Positions 55,808 through 64,000 of a stretch of DNA of 64,000 nt are shown here, one piece after another (within the stretch, counting starts at the first letter, position 1; each line of letters begins with the position of its first letter). Origin of the DNA: Monocercomonoides exilis PA203 (lineage: Eukaryota > Protista > Preaxostyla); NCBI GenBank assembly GCA_001643675.2, contig LSRY02000034.1, forward strand, positions 558,001-622,000. The letters are read 5' to 3'. The position numbers and the translations under genes are program-made. The notes under the pieces are model-generated. The model saw nothing but the letters and a program-made list of their open reading frames with translations, did not search any database and was not told the origin of the DNA.

Positions 55808-58634
55808 TAATTCATTATTAATCTCTAAATTTTTAGGAAAAATTATCCGTCTTTCTTTTCCTATTTCATGATCGTTTTTGTAGCTTGAATTATTTTGAAA
55901 CTGTATTTATTTTTTTCGAATAATCATGCTCCAAGCCATGAACAAATTTTGCAAAAACGAATCGTGCAAAACAATAAATTCTGAAATGGATGTGTGTGAA
56001 TGAAGCAAAACCATGTGTATGAATAATTGAAGTAAATAAATTAACTTTTAAAAACAAATGAATCACAAATAAATAATAAAAAGAATGCAAAATTGCTTTC
56101 TGAAAAAAAAGTCCTCAAAAACAGGTAAATGAAAAATTCTCCCCTCAACAGGTTGATCATAGCAATAAATTATCAATTATTTAAATGACAATTTCTCAAT
56201 CATTAAAACCACAAAAACGAAAAAGAGTCTTCTGAACAAAGGTTATAAAGCAAGAATTGTTCAAACCGCTTGACAATTACAACAATTTAAATAATAATAG
56301 TATTGAATTCAAATTTAAAGCCCAAGTATGGATTGGAACTTTAGTATCTCTTTCAATTCAATAAGCCAATTATCTTTCAGTAACATCACAAAAATTGTTA
56401 AAGAAAATTTCTTGCAAGATTTCTCAACTACTTTTGAGTAAATGTTTATGAACATTCATTTGATGATGTGAAACCATACCAATTGTGATACAGCAATTCA
56501 TAATATTTTAACTTAACCGATAATGCATGTTTTTGTTGCGTAGAAAATACTTTGCCGCAAGAAGCATTGAAAAAAAAGCATATATGAACCCATTAAGCAG
56601 TCATTGAGATAAATTATTGAATCTTAATGCAACTTCAGAAGTATCAAAAATCGAAAGATCAGAAAAGAGATAAAAAAAGAGAGAAATCAGCATCAAAAAA
56701 TAGAATATGTGCACACCGAAGCATCAAAGACCATTACATACAAGATGGCAGGTTTGCTTTCCTTGTAGAATAAATCTTTGTGCAACGTAAATCGAATCAT
56801 GAAAATTAAAAACTGACGCAATTCCATGGAAAAGAGGGGACAGAACAAAGGTACAGCTATGAAATGAGTGTGATAAGGTACCAAAGAACGCATAATAAAA
56901 ATAAAAATTAAAATTAAAAATAAACCCTAAATTATATCCAAAATAAAGAAATGAAACATATTTTTTTTGAGGTTTCAAAAAAAAATAAATGTTTCAGAAA
57001 AGACGAAGAAAAGAAGAAAAGAAGAAAATTTTTGATCACGAGTTAAAGTTGGTAAGCAACAAGGCTGATACAATGGGAACAAAGATTCTTATAACTCTTC
57101 ACAGAAAGAACAAGAACAATAAGAGAGAGAAAGAAAAAGAAATAATATAATTATAAAAAGAAAGAATGAACAATAAATCCAGTGTTTTCGGTTGAAAAAC
57201 ATCTTTCATTATAATCATGAAATCTTCAAAATTAAAAAAAAAAAAAACTAGAAAAAATCGAAACAATTTAAATAAGCACCAAATAGCAAACATGAAGACA
57301 GCACATGAAATTCAAAATAAAGCCATTAACTTGCTTTCAATCTCTGATACAAGGTCACGCAACATTAACAGTACTTTCATTGTCTTTAACACAGAAAAAA
57401 AAACAAATAATTTATTGGTAGTATAACCAATAAAAATGCACATGAAACATTAAAAAATTGAAAAAAACCAACAAAATTAAAAACGAAATGATCATAATTC
57501 CATCACTTAAATAAGGAATCGTAGAATAAAAACAAAAAAGAAAAATGGGATACCGAAAATAGTGCAAAATTAAGAAAAAACGATTTGATTAAAAATACAC
57601 TTGAAAATAAAAAAAACATTATATAAAATTAAATAAAATAAACAAAAAGAAAAAGAGCGAGTTAAGAATGAAACATATAAAATTGTTAAAAAAAAAAAAA
57701 AAAAAAGAAAGAAAGAAAGTTAACAATATTTAAGACAAGGAAGGTGAGTGAAATAAAAAAATCGAGAAGATGATTTCGGAATAGGGAATACTCAAGAAAA
57801 TTGCCAGGTTTGGTTGAATTATCTCGAGATTCAGATTGAAAAGAAACGAATTAATCAAAAAATAATATTCATAAATTAGCAAATAAAAATACAAAAAAAT
57901 ACAAAAAATTTGCAACTCATCATAAACTGGATGAAATTTATAAGAACTGAAAGATAAATTGCATTGGGAAAGAGATTCAAGCAATTTTCTTTTTCTTTTT
58001 CTTTTTCTTTTTTTTTCGCATTGGAGCAAATTTCTTGTATCGTCATTGACGACTACTTCGTCAATTTTCATTGTTGGCTCTGATTCCTAATCCAATTGAG
58101 CAGAATGAGGTTTCATTTCAAATCTCAATAGAATTATCAAACTCAAATCGTTGTAATAATCAAGCGGTTTAATCTTTCTTTTCTTTCTTTCTTTATACCT
58201 TTGTTTTTTTTGACTTTAATAGCTCAAAATAGGCACCAATGAAGGTTCTCTAATATGTCACAGAAACGTGGCAAAGTGTTGAACGTCTGACAAGCATGCA
58301 ATAAGAAGCTTGCATTGCCTATATTAAATAATCTGACAATATTAGAATAAAAGAAATATATATATATATAAATCATTGAAATAAATAATGAAATAATATA
58401 AAATTTATATAAAATTAACAGAAAATAATAAATTGATTGAGTTATATGAAATAATTGAATTAATAAAATTATGCAAAATAAATAAATAAATATCATATGA
58501 AATTCAAAAATGAAATTTCAAAAAATAAAGTCATCATCACAATATCAAAATTCATAACATAAAATTAGCAACCAACCAAAAATTAATGTGAAAATATAAA
58601 AAAGAAAAGAAAAAGAAAAAGAAAAGACAAACTT

Positions 58635-61570
58635 TTATTTCTCTTGCGGAAACTGCGATGCCGAAACTGTACTTGGTTGTTGAGGAAAAACTCCCTGAAA
58701 TTGAGGCTGCGGCATCTGCATCTGCGTTCTATAAGTTCCATAGCCCTGAGTCAATTGCTGTGCAGTTTGTGTCTGAAATGGATAAAACTGGTTCGGAAAA
58801 GCAGGACACGAATCAACGTTTCCTGCCTGGCTCCTTGTTGCTTGGCTGATGTCTGCGTTTGTGTTCGTGAATGTAGATGTGGTTGAGGTTGTGGATGAGG
58901 ATGTAGCTGTAGCTGTGGTTGCTGCGGTTGCAGTTGTTGCGGCTGAGGGGGCTGCTGGAGCTGTGTTAAACCCAGGAACGGTCGTTCCAGGATGAGCAGC
59001 AACAGCAGGGGGATATGCAGAGGACACTGAAGAAGGAGCCGAAGGGCTTGGTAGCAGTGAAGCTGATTGTTGTGTGGTAAATTGAGGTTGATACTGAAAA
59101 GGATATGGCAACTGTATTTGCAATGGCATTTGCATTCTCTGGTCAGAACAAGGCGGTATGTCAAACGACTGCTGGGCCATCGGCATCTGAGACTGCGCTT
59201 GCGGTTGCAGTTGCAGTTGTGGTTGAGGTTGAAGTTGTGGCCGTAGTTGCAGTTGTAGTTGCAGTTGGTGCTGTGGCTGTGGTTGCAGCTGTGGCTGTGA
59301 TTGTGGCTGAAACTGTGACTGTGGGAGCAGTGCTGGCGAGCTCCGAACAGACGCGTCGCTGCTGATTTGCTGGCTATGAATGGGGTATCTGACAAACTGA
59401 GTCTGCATGTATGGCTCTTCCAGCTGCACGGCCTTCGCAGGTACGCTGCTTTGTGTTGCTGGTGGTGCAGTGCACGAGAAATGAAACAATGGCGAGGTGA
59501 AGCCATCCTTCGCTGGTGTGGTGCACGGGAAAATAGTACCCGAAAACTGCGATATCCCGTATGCCGGGGGCAGCGGCTGGCATTGAACGTTTAAAGTCAT
59601 AGGACAGCCAAACGTCCCAGGAGCAAGTGACACTTGCTGTTGCGGGATTGGAACCTGGTAATTGGTAGTGGCTATGGTAGTGGCTGTGCTTGTGGCTGTG
59701 CTTGTGGCTGGGGAATATCTGGTTTGTGCACTGCTGTTACCAGGCACGTACACAAAGTCTGAACGCGCTGGATGATGCGAAGCATAGCCATGGCTCGGCT
59801 TTTGGTACCTGCTTTCCTTGAGCTGGATTTTCGGGCTAGCGGAAGGGGAAGCATACGGCGTGGGTGTTGGAGAGGGAGAGGGAGATGGAAAAGGAGAAGG
59901 AAAGGGAGAGGAAGAGGAAGAGGAAGAGCCTTTGGAGACAGGAGAGTTGCGCACAGTGGTTACTGCGGCTGAGTGAGAAGGGAATGTTCTTTGTTTGTCC
60001 GCAAATGAAGAGGAAGTGTCGGGTGGGATGAAAGAGGTAGGAGGGTGTGATATTGCGGGTGGAAGCTGCTGTGAAGGGGGTGTTGTGAAAGTTTGTGATG
60101 GAAGTGGACTGGCAAGGGAATTGTAGGTTAATGAGGAGGAAGAGGAAGAGATAGAAGAGGAGGAAGAGGAAGAAGAGGAAGAGGAAGAAGAGGAGGAAGA
60201 GGAAGAGGAGGAAGAGGAAGAAGAGGAAGAAGATGGAGATGGAGAAGAAGGGAGAGAGGAAGAAGAAGGAGTGCATGAGGAAGAAGGGGTGGTTGAGGAA
60301 GAAGGGGTGCATGGGGAAGAAAAAGAAGGTGATGAAGATGAACAAGGTGATGACGAAGTGCTGGCCATTCTTGCCTTTGCAGCAGATCCTGTGACTTTTT
60401 CGATCAGAAAAACAGTTAAGTTGTCAATCGTGATCTTATTTTTAGTTTCCAATACTTCTTTTGCTGCCTAAAGATAATAATTATTATTGAATGAAAGAAT
60501 AAAATATGATAAACAAAAAGAAAATCAACCTCAAAATAAAATCATTGAATGTTCAAAATAAGCGCCCATATTAAAAAAAATTAAATAAACGTTTATTACT
60601 CTTTAACTGGAAAAAAAAATTATTTTTTGAATAAAAAAATCAAGACAGAGATAACAGGAATGTTTGACAAAATCATCTGCAAATTATCAGCACACTTTAC
60701 ACCCTTTTTCGGTTGGTGGATATTCGACAGTTCCAAAATAAGGGTTTTTTTGAAACAAGTATGGAATTAATTCCACGCGAGGGGTAATGTCAAAAGCAGT
60801 TAGCATTTTTTCAAGTTTCGTCTCGTTCTCAACGGTCGAAAAATGTAACAGATCATTTTGCGGATCATGCTGGATAAGAAGCATGCAAGCTGCATCATTT
60901 CGATTCACAGCACTTAGCTTTCCGTAGCTTCCAAATGTTTTATGAATCAAATCTTTAAAACGATGTGTCATTTCTGATTTGGTATTAACAGCAAAATAAG
61001 CTTGTTTTTTTTTTCTGTCAATTTCGAAATATTCAAAAGGTGGTGGAAGAGGTCGACTAACTGTTTCTGAGTTAATAATTGCAATAAAAATATAAAAAAT
61101 ATTTTAAAGCATTTTTTTCAAACCATTGTCATAGTTGTCCATTCTGTAATACTTTAACGATTTTTCTTTGCAAAAAAACACAAAATCTGAAAATATTCAA
61201 AATAATTCAATAATCATTATTAACATTAAAACTGTAATCATTTTATCAAACCTTTAAGTTCATTTCCCCCTGTTGTGGACTTTTTAAAATAAATATTTAT
61301 CTGTGAAATAAGCTTTCAAACAATAAAGAATACCAATTTATGCAGCTTAATCAATTCATTAGCCAAGTCTTGACGTGTCAAAGTTATATGCCCACTGACA
61401 AAATGCCCAGTCGCAGAATTGGTGTTATTCGAAGATTTTGAGCAAAAATCAAGTTCAGAATTTTCAGATGAATAATTGCGATCAACTTTCTTTAAATTTT
61501 CGTTTAATTTTCTCCTTATGTTCTTTTCAATCAACGAAGTTTTTTCTATTGTAGGTTCTTCTTGCATCAT
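58635..61570 (-). CDS. Multi-exon hypothetical protein with a ~600-aa Ser/Pro/Gln/Thr-rich disordered C-terminal exon
   Basis: ORF 60452-58635 with a splice acceptor near 60468; upstream ORFs 60971-60687 and 61570-61316 are plausible exons. Confidence 0.65.
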
Positions 61571-64000
61571 AAAATATACGCATTTTGAACTATAACTCCC
61601 TGATGTTGATTAATGACACAGATGAAATATCAATACAAATAAAAACAAACCTTCCCCAACACTCAAATGCGACATTAAAAAGAATTAACAGAAAAATCAA
61701 AGTTTATTTTCCAAATACTTGTGTTAAGGCCCATATCATATTTTTTGAAGATCAAATTTTAAATTTTTTATTATGCAAATATTGGAAATATTCATTTCTG
61801 ATTTTTGATTTGTTGAAACACAATAATGCATTTCCAAGTGAAACAACGAACTCAAAATTCTCAAAATTTGTTGAATATGGTGATTTGTTGTTTGTTTTTT
61901 GAAGGTTTGGACACGAAGATGATTAAAGCACTGCATCAAAAGAGAAATGATTTAAATCAAAAGATAAAATAATAGACATATATGCTGCGAAATGTTTACT
62001 AAAAGTTTATGAAAAAATAACATCTGAAAATTTGAAAAAAATATTAGCAACCATAACAATTGTTATCAATTCAACAACGAATTTTGAATAAAGAAAAAGT
62101 TTGTTGTTGTTTAAATGATAAAACAAAATCTTCTTTTATTTTCAGTTTTAACAGGTTTTTAAGATTGTTATTTTGTTGTCAAAGTTGTTTTTTTTTTCAA
62201 AATGCAGAAGAAATATTTGTTTTTTTGAATAAGCTCATCTGATATTTAAATATTCAAAATTTGAAAGACCGTAGTGAAATCTTTAAGTTCAAGCACTTTT
62301 AAAGGGGATGGCTATGAGAAATAATATGGAAAAGCTGCTTCTTCATTATTCCAAGAGTTTTTGAGTATATATCTTGTTGGAGATCACATATTGGGTTGAA
62401 AGAATAATCTACGTTTGGAGTTCGTTTATAATGAAGTTTCAAAATGTTAGACTTTTGTCTATTTTTGCATAGTTTTCAGAAAAGCATGCGGAAATGAATG
62501 AAAATGAATAAAAGTAGGATTTCTCATCATTCAGGCTGAATATCAAGTTGGGAGAGTGAATTCATATGGAAAGTACCCAGAGTGAAGGGATTGGCAAGGA
62601 AATGACGGATGATATTTTCTTCCGAAAACAATCTGTTTTGATGGATGATGAGGGTGGAATTGAAAAGAAAATCCAAAACTCACTTTTTAAGGGGGTTGAG
62701 AATCATACGCATTTGTGGGCGGAAAGAACATTTGAAAGAATAAAAAGCTAATCAGATGCTAAATCAACAGAAAATAGATGGAATCAGAATTTTTATTGGA
62801 GGAAAACTATTACCAATGATATGAAATACTGATATAGACTATAAAATATGTTCTGAAGGTTTGCTGTTGTTTTTTTTTTTTTTAAGTGATTATTCTATTT
62901 GCTTTCATTCAATTTCTTGAAAGAGAAAGGTGTTCGATGACTATGAAAAGGAATGGAAAAGTGCAGAAGGAGAGAAATAGAAAGAGAATGAAGAGTATCA
63001 TTATTCGATTCAGATATGACGTTGATGCGATAGAGAGGACTGAGCCAAATGGGTGAATGGTTCGAAGGTTTCTCCTTCAAAGAAGAATATTCAGGAGTGA
63101 AAGATAAAGCCCAAAGAAGAGAATTTCGCTGAATATCTCTGTGGACATTAGTTAGCATTAATCTTCATAGTTATCGACCATCAATCGCTTCATCAATTTG
63201 TTGATCATCCTTTTTGCCATCCTTTTTCATTCAATTAATCAACATCATATAAAATAAATACATCATCTTCGCCATTATCCTTTTCAACTTTTTTGACTAC
63301 TTTTCATTCTGCATCCGTTTCAAGAATCACAAGAGAAATGAAGAAGAAACAAAGAAAATTATTGATGAATGAAATAATCACAAATAATAATGAGCAATGG
63401 GAAAAGTGAAATAAAGCCGATTGATGAATAACGAAAAAGAGAAAGAGATGACGATTATGCAATGAGATGACGTTCAACACGAAAAAGGGAAAGATATGTT
63501 CGCTGAGAATAAATATGAAAAATGGAATTATTCGAAACTCAAAACAATGAAATTCAAAAGAAATCAATTGGATGAAAAAAATGCAACGAATCAACAAAGA
63601 AATTTGAAATGTGATAAAGCTTTTGAATCAAAGAAATAGAATTATAAAATTTATAATTCTCCGAGAGGAAAGCAAATAATCACTATTTCAACTTCTGTTT
63701 TTTTGAATGTTGTAATCGTGTATTTTTCATTTCCTTTTCTACCAATAAAAAAGCTTTCAATATCTACAACAAGAATAAGTATTTCATTTTATATTTGAGA
63801 TGTTCTTGAACATTTTTTTGAAAAAAACGATTGAATTATTAAGAATATCATTATTGTTTCAAAACCCAATAAAAGTTGCTTTTAAAATACATTTGAAAAA
63901 ATGAATCCATCATTCTCACGTAACTGTGTGCATCCCAATAAAATACAATTATGAAATATTAGATTATTTTAATTGATTTCATCCCATATTAATTGATTTG

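Noticed and set aside
61585-64000. Short ORFs at the window end
   Set aside because: AT-rich, no motifs; at most decayed gene fragments I cannot assign.

Overview
AT-rich eukaryotic DNA with short GT-AG introns, standard genetic code and degenerate TTAGGG repeats. Gene style and protein families suggest an oxymonad such as Monocercomonoides (inference, no search run). Host genes: a CLC anion channel with Val in place of the gating Glu, a USP deubiquitinase-like gene, a decayed eIF4A, a type I surface protein and several multi-exon hypotheticals. Much of the window is mobile DNA. At 2.0-7.8 kb a Merlin transposase is interrupted by a TA-MITE, which is itself interrupted by a pogo-like element. 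At 21.7-26.1 kb there is a structurally complete but mutated DIRS1-type retrotransposon. Several foldback MITEs are scattered through the window. At 44758-53713 there is a ~9 kb near-perfect palindrome whose two arms each carry a TA-MITE and an intact, intron-containing pogo-like transposase. The best candidate for an undescribed system lies inside that pogo element: a 407-bp GG...CC element with an 8-bp target duplication, carrying telomere-like repeats followed by a 91-nt structured Pol III-type RNA gene (A box, B box, T7) that is not a canonical tRNA.
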